Shown here: piece after piece, positions 1 through 14,609 of the stretch
Layout of the letters: the number at the start of each line of letters is the position of its first letter
Numbering within the stretch: position 1 is the first letter of the stretch
NCBI RefSeq assembly: GCF_009914755.1
Contig: NC_060944.1
From: the human T2T-CHM13v2.0 reference genome, Homo sapiens
DNA: 64,000 bases
Reading direction: 5' to 3' (one strand)
Made by a program: the position numbers and the translations under genes
The notes under the pieces: model-generated
Seen by the model: only the letters and a program-made list of their open reading frames with translations
What the model was told of the DNA's origin: nothing
The model's database searches: none

Positions 1-653
1 AGAATAGGGAGACCTGAGGAGAGAGAGAGAGAGAGAGAGAAAGAGGAAAGGCTGGTTGAGGCACTCAGAACACACACATTTATTCATTAAGTTCGCTGTC
101 TCACGTGGGCGTGTTTGTAGTGCCTGAAAACAAAGTAGTAATATTAAAGATCACTCATCACGGATTACCATAGCAGATATGATAATAATGAAAAAGTTTG
201 AAACATTGCAGTAATTGTCAAAATGTGACACAGACATGAAGTGAACACATGATTTTGGAAAAATGGCAGCGATAGACTTTCTTTTTTTTTTTTTTGGAGG
301 TAGAGTCTGGCTCTATTGCCCAGGCTGGAGTACAGCAGCAGGATCATGGTTCCCTGCAGCCTTGACCTCATGGGCTCGAGCAATCCCAGATTAGCTGGGA
401 CTACAGGTGTGTGCCACCATGCCCAGCTAATTTTTGTATTTTTTGTAGAGATGGGGTTTTGGCATGTTGCCCAGTCTGGTCTGAAACTCTTGGGCTCAAG
501 TGATCTGCCCACCTCAGCCTCCCAAAGTGTTGGGATTACAGGTGTGAGCCACCGCGCCCAGCTGATAGACTTTCTTGATGCGGGGTTTCTATAAATCTTC
601 AATTTGTAAAAAGCACAGTATCTGCAAAGGGGGAAAAAAATGAGGTATGCTTG
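1..653 (-). mobile_element. Tigger1 DNA transposon 5' end (TcMar-Tigger), interrupted by an AluJ; includes a (GA)n run at 19-40
   Basis: Resembles the reverse complement of the Tigger1 5' end as I recall it. Terminal gaggtatgcttg is followed by TA at 654-655. Confidence 0.75.
284..562 (-). mobile_element. AluJ-like element inserted in Tigger1
   Basis: Poly-T followed by an antisense Alu. TSD gatagactttctt at 271-283 and 564-576. Confidence 0.9.
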
Positions 654-948
654 TAGTTCAGAACTAGTTTCTTTTCCATAGAATTCCAGCAGTGACTGAT
701 CTGAAAATGTTTTAGCCTAAACTTTAGAATTCCAGCTCCATTGTGGGTTGGTAAATGGAAATTAGCTTTTCTTCATCCTGGAGTTCAGTGAAGGATCTAG
801 TGAGACTACTGCAGTGCCTTTCTATCTTTTAACTCACTTTGGATTATCAGCTGCTTGTAAGCAGATTATGTGCACTGGCTCTTTGTACTTCCTTTCAACA
901 GCTACCCAGCAATATCTAGAGTCACTGAACTAAGAAGGAGTTGAAACT

Positions 949-1272
<324 letters not shown>

Positions 1273-3494
1273 TCATGATGCTTCTCTCTGAATATATCTG
1301 ACTTTATTCCAAAAGCAGGCATGATTGATTCTTGAACAGTTTTGCTGGCATTATTTTTAGTGCAGATTCTAGCTTCATGTTTGGCATTATTCATGTGCTC
1401 ATTCTGTTAATACATAAAATTGAGGGTTGATGACATTTCTTTATTTGAATCCCCTATTTCCAGTTAAGAGCATCTCAGTTTAAATTTTCTTTTGGGATCC
1501 TTGATAGAGTTAAACATTAGCAGCACACCAGTCCTCTGCTGGTATATAATGTTGGAATGCGATTTTCTTTGCAGCTTTGTATAAAAAGAAACAAATTGTA
1601 GCTACAGTTTGTCATGTTATCTTTTAGCAGACGCTCTCAACATCAATGCTTCCATAATAGGATTAATGATGGGGGAAACTTTTGAGCATCTCAAGCTTGC
1701 ATAGTTATTCACAGAGAAGCTGAAACACGTAATGGGGGCTCTGGCCAGGAGTACCTCTATTGGGCAAGGGAAGGTAGAGATGCCGAAGGACTAACAGAAT
1801 AGTGAAACTCGGCAATAAAGGAGGACACGAAAAAGACATTGCGATTGATTGAGGGTTGTAGCTGAAAGAAACCCATAATGAGATTCCTTTTTTAAAAAAG
1901 GTGGCACAGATTGTATTGAATTGTACTAACTTCTTGTTTCTCTGGTGTCTTTGGAAAATGTGATGCCCTTCAGAAACAGACTTTCCAGGTAACTGAAGCT
2001 TTTAAGTGGCAAGACGATCTATTCCAGCTTCTTCTTTGTACACATGGGTAAACCAGAGAGCCCAGAGAGGGAAATAACTTTAGCACCCCAACAACTTGGT
2101 GACAAAATCGGGGTCAGGCAGTGCTGTGTCCTTGATTATGCGTCCTCTTTTCCATGTGCAAAACATGTATTTTTCATCATTTTGTATGGAGAGCTTTCTA
2201 AAACATGAACATTCTTGCCTTTCTCAGTAGGACACACTGTGATCTCAGGAGCATCATTATGAATACATGTTAGTTGTGCCTGAATTCTCTCATGACCTTT
2301 TGAAATCTGGAAAGCTTTTACTTCTGCACTGTGGAATAGTAGGGATTTTGAGTTCTTGTGCCTACTTTGTGTAGTTTACATTCTTTTCCTTGGTGTCAGC
2401 TGTCACTCCTTAGTGTTATTGTTTGTTTGATATGATATCTAACCTCTAAGGCCTTTTTTGCCCATTCTTTTAATGGTGTTTTGAAAAGTTGAGGTTGTTG
2501 GAAGAATGAAGCATTCGTATTCTTGGTCATTTTTGGATGAACTGCAAAACTTTTTAGAGCTCTGTTGCTAGATTCCGAAGTCTGTGAGATACTAGAAATC
2601 ATTTTAGCCTGAGTAGTCTATATTTTCCATGTTGCTTTTCCTCTAGCATCTCTTTGCCCCCCCCACTGCCATCCTGGGAACTAGAGAACATCTGAGCAAT
2701 TACTGTTGTCCACTAATCATGAGTCTTTCAAGTGAAACTACCACTCACAAATAGGGGCTTAACCTGGCCTTCTGTGGGGTGCTCCTTTCTTTCATGATGC
2801 TTATCTTTCTGGAAGGTAGCCATTTACCTGTCTGATTGCCTTAACCCTGTATCTTTTAGTCAGCCTTATATCCATATACACACACCCACAGGCCCGTGAA
2901 ATCTAATTATATCGATCACCTGAGACCCTGTATGTTTGTTCTTCACCAGTTTATGCCTCTGCTCACTTCTTGTCTTGTGCCTGACTCTTGGCTCTCTGTC
3001 ATACCCTACCTCTGCTTTCGTCTCCTCTCCAACACACACACCAGTTTCTTTAGGCTTGATATGTACATGTGCTCTGTGGCTCCCAACCCAGAGTCTATTA
3101 TTAAGGGCTCTGCATGGTTGGGATGGGAGCTGCCATATACAGTGTGCCTCATATGGTGTGCCCTACCCTAGCTGGACCTTTAAGACCCAACCTTTGGCCC
3201 TAGCCCATTATCTGGCCCATCTGATCCTCCTGTGAAAGGACAGTTTGAGCAAAACCTTGCTTGAGAAGCTTACAGACTTTCCAGTTCTGCAACTCTGACA
3301 GTCTGTGAGTTCTCGTCTTATCTCCCTTTGCCATAGTTTCCTAGTCATTCACCAGGGGTTGGTAAGGAAATAGGATGTTGTTTACCATTGTTTCTAGGGC
3401 ATTGTAACATATGCTGCTAGTCAGGCTGTGAGACAATCCAGATTTTGGGGCGGTTAGCAAATTTCATTTGGATTAGTGCTCCATATTGAACCTG

Positions 3495-4120
3495 TCATTC
3501 TTTAATCATTCCATACATATTTATTAAATGCCTACTAAATGTAAGGTATTACACTAGACGTTGGGAATAAAGTGCTAAACAGGATAGTTGTAGTCCCTGT
3601 CTTTATGGAACTTACATCCAGGGAGGCAAGACAGACAATGAATAACAATACCTAAACAAGCAAACACATACTAGATAAATAAAAACAAGATAATTTCAAA
3701 TAGGAATATGAAGGAAAAAAATAGGCTGATGTAATATAGTGTTGGGGGAGCAGTGGCTGTTTATTTTGGAAGGTTCTAGAAGGCCTCTTTGAGAGGTGAC
3801 ATTTGAGCTGTGAACTAAATGATGAGAAAGATCCAGACATATGAAGAGCTGTGGGACTGGCAGTAAAGATCAAGGGAAAAGCCAAAACAAAAACTCTGAG
3901 GTGGGAACAGACTTGTCATGTATGGCCAGAGCTTGGTGAGTGAAGAGGGGACAGTTGATAAGGACAGAGGGGTCAGCTTCGGGGAGGAGGGAGAATCCTA
4001 ACATTTTTTAACTTTATTCCTAGCACCATGGGAAGCCATTAGGGGTTTTAAGCTGTCGAGTGACACAATTTGGTTTACGTTTTAAAAGATGGCTTCATCT
4101 ACAGAGTGGAGAATTGTAGA
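3495..4120 (-). mobile_element. L2 3' fragment
   Basis: tcattc...atttattaaatgcctact and gaggtgacatttgagctg motifs typical of the antisense L2 3' end. Boundaries approximate. Confidence 0.7.
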
Positions 4121-5939
4121 GGAGCATTCTGGCCAGCTTAGCTGTGGGAGGGTGTGGAATTCACCTTTGTGCTGCAGAGGGCCTCAGCTGAAGCCATGCT
4201 GTCCCTGGGATAATTGCTTTCCCGCCTAGGTTGTTTTCACAATCTCCACTTCTAAACATTTAATCTGTGTTCTGGCTTAATCAAGAAGCAGCGCTCTCCT
4301 TGTGCCAGGCTTGGCTCAGAAAATGTGGGCATCGTGCCTTTTGTTGAGCGCCCTGGCCTGGAGAGAATGAAGAAAGCATCCCCTCATGGCCTGAGGACAA
4401 TGCAGCTGACCCTCAGCACCTGGTAACTTGTAGGAAGCTTTAGAATCTATAAACTTGATGTGCTTCTGCAAAACAGTTGCAGATGGTCTGAAGTGATGAT
4501 TAAATATCACTGCCACTTTGCCCAGATCTGCTATGGCCATTCTCTCCATGTCTGGTTTTACATTACAGTGGGTAATTAAGGGGGCACAACCATTTCTAGT
4601 TACTTCCAGGCCATCTTTTTCAATTGGCTTATGGGGAAATTACAGTTGCTGTCAGTTGTGTAAGTGACTGCATTGAGCAGCGATTGTGAATGGCTACTTT
4701 TTGTGTTCAAAATAATACTAATACAAAACACCCAAACTTAAAAAGAACTGTTCCTAATGAAAGGGAATAATTGCCTGCCTCTGCTGTCTCTGCTGGATCT
4801 CCACTGGGAGTTCTGCCATCAGACTTGTCAGAGTTGGTTGGCAGGGACTTTTTCTCCTGAGTTAGCACATAGAGATATGAACGGGCAGAGATAACACAAA
4901 TTAGCAAAGATACAAGCATATCTGCAGAGGAACAGATTTCCTTCCGACCAGAAGTGCCGTTGGTGGGCACCACCCTAATTTTCAGTGCATCTCTTAGTGC
5001 TGATGACAGGACTTTTCAGCAAATTTTTTAAAAAATGGCTTAAGCACCACCGGACCTGGGCAGTTTTTATAAGATTTTAGAGTTTCAAAGGGCTGCTAAG
5101 CTTGCCAATGTAAAGTCACTGAATATTGTCTCCCTGGCTGCTCACTGGGGATCCTTACACCTCACTCAGCATGATGAACTTGGAGACAGAAATTCGTAAG
5201 CTTCAGCCCCATTTTTTTTGACTGAAGATTTCTTTTTCCATTCCCACAAAACTTGCAAGGACACAGAAGGCTCAGTGGGGGAAAAAGATGGCATGTGCCT
5301 CTGGCTGACATGACTTGTGCCAGTGGTTGCGTGGGGATTCCATAATGAAGACTGCAAATCACTTCCCATCCTCTTGGAGCCTGTCCCATAATTAGAAGAT
5401 TAAACATTTTGTTTAAATTGGTAATTTTTTCCCCCTCCCCTCTCTGAGTGCTTAAAACCACCATTAGAGCAGAATGGAGACTGGTTAACTGATTCTGGGC
5501 TCCATGTTCTAGTTGTGATTGTCAGCAGGCGGTTGAGGAAGTCTTATTTTAATTAAAAAAGCAATTTTTAGCTATGCTTCACCTTGTGTGAGGCAGAGGC
5601 ACCTCTGACCGTGTGAACTTTCTGATTGCTGAATGTACTGAGCATAGCTTTTCTCAGGGGCATGACACCAAGCCTAGGCAGATAATATCATGGGGTGGGT
5701 GTGCAGCTGGCCTTGAGGTATTGCCTCTGCACTAATGGCAGATTTGCTCTTCATTTGACAGATTGACTTTGTGTTTATGGGCAGGGTGTCACAGGGATGG
5801 CGTGTTCCTGAATTTAAGTGAATGCAAAGCAGCTCATAGAGGAGCATGGAAATTTTCCTACTTTTAATGAAATAAAAGAATATACGTTTTCTCCTTCCCA
5901 TGAAACCAAGCCAAAAGAACAAAACAAAGGGCTGAGGAC

Positions 5940-6125
5940 TACTCGGTATCAAAGCCCACTGAGAGCCAGGCTTTGTGCTGTTCGACTTATGTGTGTTATC
6001 CCATCTCATCCTAAAGGCAACCCTGGGAAGTCAATATTCTTAGTTCCATTTTGCAGATGAGGAAAGGAAGCTCACAGAGGTTTGGTAACTTGCCCAAAGA
6101 TACCCAGTAAGTAGATGGTGGAATC
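5940..6125 (-). mobile_element. MIR
   Basis: cattttgcagatgaggaa...taacttgcccaa core. Confidence 0.7.
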
Positions 6126-7284
6126 TTCTTCCTAGAAGAGGGCTCCAATGGATGAAGTACTCTAAAAAAAAAACAAGAAGAAAGACCTTCGAGAATAAAC
6201 TGCCGCAGAATCCTGCCATTCCTCTACCTTGTACTTTCCTCCAAGTCTACTCTGCCTGCCACTCTCTATTGGAATTTCTTGATTACATACTTTTCTTATT
6301 GGACTGTGAGTTGCTCAAGGACAGTGACCAGATCAGCGCCTGCCATTGAGTAAATGCTCAATAAATACCTCTTGACTAAAGAAAGGAAAGGATGAGGGTG
6401 AATGAATGAAGCAGTGAATCAATGATTAGGTGATTGAATTTGAGTCTTCTCTAGGTATCTTTTTATATTGAGGCTTAGCACCTCCCCAGTTGCCTTTTTT
6501 CTTGCCTTTTCCTTGATGGGAACAGATTAAGGTGTTTTTGTGAATGATAGTAGCCCTAGTCATAGATAACTTGGAGTTGAGTGAATCTTGCTTTAAGTAA
6601 TAGTAGATGATCTTCATAAAAGCCTGATTCTATTATTTTGTAATCTGACAGTTGACTGGCATTTCTTTTAAAGGCTATTGCTGTCTCTGACTCTAAAGCA
6701 GGAGATTGATTGATTCATTTATTTGCCAAAGATTTGTTGCAAGTCTACTGTGGGCCATGATTGCTGTTTTCTCTTTACCCAGCCTTATAGGCAAAAAATA
6801 AGAGGTTGTACAGAACAACCAAATTAGGTTTTATTTTGTGTTGGTTGGATCTGGCCTATCCATTTCCATTTGATATTTTTCTTTCTTTCTTTAAACATTT
6901 ATTGAGTGCTTTTTTTGGGTTAGGTGCTTCCACAACACTGCTACCCCACATCAGTAGGATGGCTTTTTCCAAGGGTGAAACTAAGGCTGAAATGGTGGTT
7001 ATTTGTCCAGGGTCACACACTAGTGACAACAAACCCAGAGATTTTGACTACCAAAGTCCATACTCTTTTCACCGCACCTCACCCCCCCGTTCACGTGACT
7101 AGTTTAGCATCAATTTCTTATGTGTTTTATGTTTCTTACAGACCTAGGACAAACATGGGTTTCTAAAACAGAAAGTACTAGAGCCGCTAACAGTTCACTT
7201 GAGTTAAAGGAACCTCAGGAAACAGATCTGTAGTAATCACAGAAACCAGTTATAGCAAGATGATTTCTCAATCTCATGGTGGTA

Positions 7285-7520
7285 GTATGATGTCATAGAA
7301 AGAGCCTTAGGCATAGACTGACGGGCAGCGTTTGAGTCCCATCTCCACTATTTTCTAGCTCTTTGGTCTTTGGCAGTTCACTAAGCAAGCCACCACACTT
7401 TGGCTTCCTTACTTGTAGAAATGAAGAATGGTATCACCTACCTAGAAGAGTTGTGTGAAGGTTAAAAAGATAATGAAAATGTTAAGTTCCTGGTACAGAG
7501 TAGGCACATAGTTAATGGTA
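7285..7520 (+). mobile_element. MIR
   Basis: tRNA-derived head, core and cctggtacagagtaggcac tail similarity. Confidence 0.65.
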
Positions 7521-9698
7521 ACTGTTGAATAGTTTGGATAATCGTTTGGTGAGGAAGCTGTAGGAGGAATTCTTTATGGTTTCTGTAAACCCCACAATGC
7601 TGTGACCTCGGTGCCTCCTAAGAAGTTATTTGTGAGATTTATATCTGACTTTGCCTTTTGAGGCCCATTCTGGCTCACTTATGCAGCTTTATTTAAAAGA
7701 AGTGGCCGAATTCCCTTGTGTACAGGGTTTTTCAGGCCGTGCATCTTTGTGTTTTTTTGGTATGTTTACTGGAATTCTCAGATTTCTAAGTAATTTCAGT
7801 CTGCGACAAGTGAGTAGAATTGATGTCAGGCTGCTTTAACACAGGTGTTATAAACAAGATTAAGAGGTTGTTGAAAAGATATCAGTGGAGCTCTGAGGCT
7901 AGCTCTCTGAAGTCATTGTAAATTGACAGCTAATGGGTAGTTTGCCTTGATGGCTCTCTTTGAGTTGGTTGTAACTGACTGGAGATTCACCCACAGAGGA
8001 AACTTGCTTATGAAAATTCACTTTACATTCCTTTATCAGAAAGTAAAGCTATAGTAATATGTAGTATTGTCTGTGCACTGTTTTTGGGTATTTTTTTTTT
8101 TAAAGGCAACCAGTTCTTAAGTATTTTTGATACCCTAAGCCTGCCAAGCTTCAAAAAAAACTTTAAATAGGGGAAGATGGGTCAAAATAATTATTTTATT
8201 CTACTGTTTATGTATAAGACACTTATTTTTCTTATTTGTATTACCTTTGGTAGAGCTTCTTCCTGCCCAGCAAGGTATGCATTTTGCCTATTTGGTCTAC
8301 TAAATGTGCTTGCTAGGAAATTGAGTATCTTAAAATGTTCTTGACGTGAGCAAGTATTAATTAAAAATCACTTTGAAATCAACTTTATAGGTTCCTTGAG
8401 AGAATGTTGTGATGGTGTGGATAGAGCTTGCAGGGAGAATTTGTAGGTGGCCAAGACGCATTTGCCCAGGCTGCCAGAGGATTTCTTTTGATCATCCACA
8501 TGGCCAGGAGGTCAGAGTTCTCTGTTTTTTTTCCAGGTGGGGAAGTATTTCTGACACTGAATTGTCTTATCTAAGAATAACTCATTCACCATCCTTGTCT
8601 TTATTGGAAATGGAGGTATTTTGCTAGCTTTAGTGGTTTGTAAAGCTTCCAGAAATATTTTACTATTTCCTTTGAGTTGAGGAAATAAAGTGCATCTTAC
8701 ACAAAAGCAGACATGAAACCATATCTTTTCATTGTCTTTGATGGACCCATCAACAGGCATGTTTTGAGGCCATAACACCAGACACTTCATTCAAGCTGAG
8801 AGGGATAGGTAAATCAGCAGTCAAGTGCTGGAAAGTATGTTATATAATCTTGCTACATTTTCAGACTCTAAAGTATTGCCCATAATGTTGAAAAATATTC
8901 TTCTTTAACAAGATACTCAAGGGAAAGTTCCACGTGCATTCTATCTTCCTTGAAATAAATGTGGCAGCTATTGAATAACAGACTTATATGGATACATTTT
9001 AAGCTTTTGAAGAAACAATGGCAATGTCTAAGGTCCTAAGCCTTCTGAGACCAAAATCATATAAGAAGTCTTAAGGAATGAATGAGCAGGTGTTTGTAAG
9101 TGAATAAAATGGTTAGTTTCTCACACATGATCCGGTTCTCACTCATTCAGTCCTGGATCATTCATTCCCCCCTTCCCATTTTTCCAAAACATCTTTTCTC
9201 TTTTTTTCCTGTCTCTATTCCTGGTAGTATACACTCTTTTCCCCCAGCCACTCCTATTGGAAAAGGGAATGCAGTTTTACGTTTTTAGTCTTGGCAGTGA
9301 CCTGAGAGATAACTTGTAGAAAAAATAATTAAATATTTCTTTGCCCACTTTGGTCTTAATAAAATCATGCATTGCTAGAGGCAGTATTCCACTGGCTGGA
9401 GACTTCTCTGTTAACAGGTATGTCTTGTAACGTGCAGAACCATTGTGTGAGTTCGCTGGTTGCAGAATGCATACTCCACTCTCCTCTCTTAGAAACTTAT
9501 AAAGTATCAGCATTTGTGTCATCCTAAATAGCAAAGTAAATTTATTGTATCTGAGCCTTGGTTTAAACCTATAAATAATTTTAAATAGCTTTCCCATATT
9601 AATTTGTTATTTAAAGGTTCAGAGTGGACTGGTGTCAATGGCAGGTGACCCAGTGCTCAGTGTGGGTTTCTCCAAGTGATATGAGGCAGGAATTTCTT

Positions 9699-10747
9699 TT
9701 TTCTTTTTTTTTTTTTTTTATTGATCATTCTTGGGTGTTTCTCGCAGAGGGGGATTTGGCAGGGTCATAGGACAATAGTGGAGGGAAGGTCAGCAGATAA
9801 ACAAGTGGACAAAGGTCTCTGGTTTTCCTAGGCAGAGGACCCTGCGGCCTTCCGTAGTGTTTGTGTCCCTGGGTACTTGAGATTAGGGAGTGGTGATGAC
9901 TCTTAAGGAGCATGCTGCCTTCAAGCATCTGTTTAACAAAGCACATCTTGCACCGCCCTTAATCCATTTAACCCTGGGTGGACACAGCACATGTTTCAGG
10001 GAGCACAGGGTTGGGGGTAAGGTCACAGATCAACAGGATCCCAAGGCAGAAGAATTTTTCTTAGTACAGAACAAAATGAAAAGTCTCCCATGTCTACTTC
10101 TTTCTACACAGACACAGCAACCATCCGATTTCTCAATCTTTTCCCCACCTTTCCCCCCTTTCTATTCCACAAAACCGCCATTGTCATCATGGCCCGCTCT
10201 CAATGAGCTGTTGGGTACACCTCCCAGATGGGGTGGTGGCTGGGCAGAGGGGCTCCTGACTTCCCAGTAGGGGCGGCCGGGCAGAGGCGCCCCTCACCTC
10301 CGGGACGGGGCGGCTGGCCGGGCGGGGGGCTGACCCCCCCACCTCCCTCCCGGACGGGGTGGCTGGCCGGGCGGGGGGCTGACCCCCCCACCTCCCTCCC
10401 GGACGGGGCGGCTGGCCGGGCAGGGGGGCTCCTCACTTCCCAGTAGGGGCGGCCGGGCAGAGGCACCCCTCACCTCCGGGACGGGGCGGCTGGCCGGGCG
10501 GGGGGCTGACCCCCCCACCTCCCTCCCGGACGGGGTGGCTGGCCGGGCGGGGGGCTGACCCCCCCACCTCCCTCCCAGACGGGGCGGCTGGCCGGGCAGA
10601 GGGGCTCCTCACTTCCCAGTAGGGGCGGCCGGGCAGAGGCGCCCCTCACCTCCCCGACAGGGCGGCTGGCCGGGCGGGGGGCTGACCCCCCCCACCTCCC
10701 TCCCGGACGGGGCGGCTGGCCAGGCGGGGGGCTGACCACCCCACCTC
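9699..10747 (-). mobile_element. SVA retrotransposon, 5'-truncated within the VNTR (SINE-R about 9720-10215, VNTR about 10215-10747); likely D-F-age subfamily
   Basis: Poly-T tail, HERV-K-derived SINE-R and GC-rich VNTR, with no Alu-like domain or CCCTCT hexamer. 18-bp TSD atgagg(c/g)aggaatttctt at 9681-9698 and 10748-10765. Confidence 0.95.
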
Positions 10748-11256
10748 ATGAGGGAGGAATTTCTTACTGAAATCTCCATTTAGACAGATGACACTAGACT
10801 CTTCTGGATAGCAAAATTGCAGATAGGCAAGGAACAACTGCAGAAGGAACTCACCTGACTAAAAGCATGGGCAGAAAAGCAGCACAGGGATTTTAGTGTT
10901 GGCTGAAAGATGATGGCAGCAGGGAGAGCTGATGCAAAGTATGCCTTGAAGATGATAATTTCTGAGGTCTTGACTGAGGAAAGGAGTCTTGAGGTTGTGT
11001 AATACTGCTTCTACTAAGATGAGAGTTAGATTCCAGGCCCAGTTCTATGGCTTCGGGCTCAAGTATTGTCACTAATTTGAGTCTCAGTTTACTCATCTGT
11101 AAATTACAGGGTTAGACTAGTATTCTTTGTCTGAATCTGAGTTTTACTATACTTAGCCTCTGAATATCCTTGATGCCACCATTGGAAAATTTACCAGATT
11201 ATATATAGATATGGCCCAGTGTGGTATAAAGTAAGTAGACAGGTAGATTCAGAAGA

Positions 11257-11357
11257 GATGAATTCTGCTTGGAGAATTTACCCTAATGGCCCAAGGAACT
11301 TGGATGAATTCTGCTTGGCTGCAGTCACCCTAATGGCCCAAGGAACTTGGAGAATTT
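11257..11357. repeat. 46-bp local duplication with a rearranged internal segment
   Basis: gatgaattctgcttgg...accctaatggcccaaggaacttgg at 11257 and 11303. Confidence 0.9.
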
Positions 11358-11909
11358 GCATACATTTGCTAATAGTAAATTATGATTCCTGGTGATTTCA
11401 TTGGTTTAACTTGTCCTCTTCCCTTGAATTATGCCACCTTCCTTGATCTCCAGTCTGATACAGATGCCCCATCCATGGTCCCTTTGTTCTCTATGCCCAC
11501 TCAGCCACAGCGCTAACCGGAAGGTTCAATAATCCTCCATTGACTTGTCAGTGTTGTGGTTCTCACAAGATTGAAAGTGCCTTGAAGGAAAGAACATGCC
11601 TTTTTTGTTTCTTTGTTTCTTAAACCTTGTACTCTTGGCATGGAGCTAGGTAGCTGCTTAGTAAGGGTGCCCTGTAAAGCTCAATGAGGACAGTTCCTTT
11701 CTCATCTCCCCTTCATGTTCACAAGGGCCCATATACGTGACACTCATTGGCTATCAAGTGGGATTTATCTTACTTTTTAAATGTAATAACCTTAGAAAAA
11801 TGTTAGAAGATATTTTATTTTATTTGAAATGAGATATAATCTGTAGGCAGAAAGATTTTGTTTTGTTTTCATCCTGCATTTGTTCATGGCTGACATTTAT
11901 ACAACTTGT

Positions 11910-12551
<642 letters not shown>

Positions 12552-13639
12552 TATACAACTTAAAAACCTTTTCGACAGGATGAATTAAATAAATTATTTT
12601 TTAAACTAAAAAAAAGGTGGTGGTAAATTATTGTTTTGAAAAACAGAAAAATAGTTTTCATTTAAGCTGGATTAAGGCCCAGACATTGACTACGAGAATC
12701 TTAGAGGTCTAAATAGTCCAGCCAGGAGGGTCTGTTGACAGCAGCATGACATATAATTTGGACTCTGTTGGGACACTTTCAGTGAATGTGTCTTTTTCTT
12801 TTTCACTTTAGTGAGTATATATATGCTAATATATATAGAGCCAAAAATCTGTCTTTCATTGATTTAAGTGCCAGCTATGAACAAGGCACTCTTAGGTGCT
12901 GAGATATTTGTTAGAAGCAAGGGTCAAATCCTAGGATCCCTACTCTTGAAGACCTAGCTCATGATTTAGTAGAGGAAATAGAGACTTATTCACACATACA
13001 TTGTGTGCTGGGAGAGATCTGATACAGTGCCGAGGAAGCTCACAAGTTTTACTGGAGTATGTGGAGGACTCTCAAGGGAGGTGACATTTGAGTGGGGGCT
13101 TAAGACTGAGTAGCACTTCTCTAGCTGCAGTGAAGGGGGATGGAAGGTGATCTGCCATTTTTTGTAGCACTGTTTGCACGTACTCTATTCTAAGGCATCC
13201 GTTAATAACTGATGGTGATTCACTCCTGGGTCCCTGCCTGAATCTTCTTGGATTCCATTATTGATTTTTCCTATAGCAAGGCTTCCAGACCCTCTGCTAT
13301 CCCGCTCATATATTCCCCTGTTGGTAGTGTCTCTTTTAATGCACAGTAGCTAACTCACGACTGTGGAGCTAGGGTGAATTGGGTTTTATACTTCTAAAAA
13401 GTGCACCCTTAATATGCATTAGCTTTAAAAATAATTAAAGCTGGTTATCCTGTTGACTCATTGAATAACTCTGTGAGAGATCTTGTTGACTTTAAGGTAC
13501 CCTGTGAGTGTTATAAACCCTTAATCAACAGTAACAATATCAAAGCAGCACAACCAGTTGGGCATGACTTGGTCTGCCTGATCCCTGCTAGCTTCTGGTG
13601 GTACCCCCCTACCTTTTTTCTCTTCAGTGTGTGCATAAT

Positions 13640-14250
13640 CACACCATTTTGCCAAATTTACTTCAGATCTTACTTTAAGAAATAAAACATTGTAAATACA
13701 GATAAAGTCTCCTTTGCACTCTTCCCTAATCTCATTTCATCACATACTCCTCTCTAATCCAGTTTCTCTCTTAACCTCCTTTAGAAGCAATCAGTATCCT
13801 GAATTTGGTGATTATTATTCTCATGTACTTTTTTCTTACTGTTACTATTTATGCATGCATCCATGGATCATTTAACTTTGTTTCTTATTGTCCAGTGATC
13901 ATTCTTTAAATAACTACTTGTGTATATGTGTGAGCATTTCTCTAGTGTCTATGTCCCTAGGAGTAGAACTACTGGGATAGTCGTAGAATATATGCATCAG
14001 TGGTATCAGGCCTCACCAGTTTGCTCTGTATTCATTTATTCTCCTCTGTCAGCAAGTATCAACAGTTCTTGTTTCCCCATATCCTCACCAACACTTGGTA
14101 TTACCAGATTTTTTATTTTTTCATTTTTGTCAATCCAATGATAACTAATGGTTTTTATGTACATTTCCCTGATTTCTAATGAGGTTGGGCTACTTTTTAT
14201 ATGCTTATGGGCTACTCATTATTTTTTCTTCTACAATCATCTTATGTTCT
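13640..14250 (-). mobile_element. Old L1 (L1M) 3' fragment
   Basis: cctaggagtagaactactgggat and catatcctcaccaacacttggtatt motifs. Boundaries approximate. Confidence 0.55.
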
Positions 14251-14284
14251 TTGTCAAAAGCTGGCTTTAAGTTATTTAAAGTCT

Positions 14285-14569
14285 GGTCAGGCATGGTTGT
14301 TCATGCCTGTAATCCCAGCACTTTTGGAGGCCAAGGCAGGCGGATCATTTGAGGTCAGGAGTTTGAGACCAGCCTGGCCAACATGGCAAAACCCCATCTC
14401 TACTGAAAATACAAAAATTAGCCAGGTGTGGTAGTGCACGCCTGTAGTCCCAGCCACTTGGGAGGCTGAGGCAGGGGAATTGCTTGAACCTGGGAGGTGG
14501 AGGTTTCAGTGAGCCAAGATCACACCACTGCACTCCATCCAGGAAGACAGAGTGAGGCTCCGTCTAAAA

Positions 14570-14608
<39 letters not shown>

Positions 14609-14609
14609 A
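14285..14609 (+). mobile_element. AluSx-like element with (AAAT)10 tail
   Basis: Full dimer. aaagtctg duplicated at the flanks. Confidence 0.92.

Noticed and set aside
9725-10837. Pro/Gly/Arg-rich ORFs on both strands
   Set aside because: They arise from the GC-rich SVA VNTR and SINE-R, which are noncoding.
11257-11357. Repeat-spacer-repeat pattern resembling CRISPR
   Set aside because: Only two units with 7-8 nt variable parts, in a eukaryotic intron with no cas genes. A local duplication explains it.
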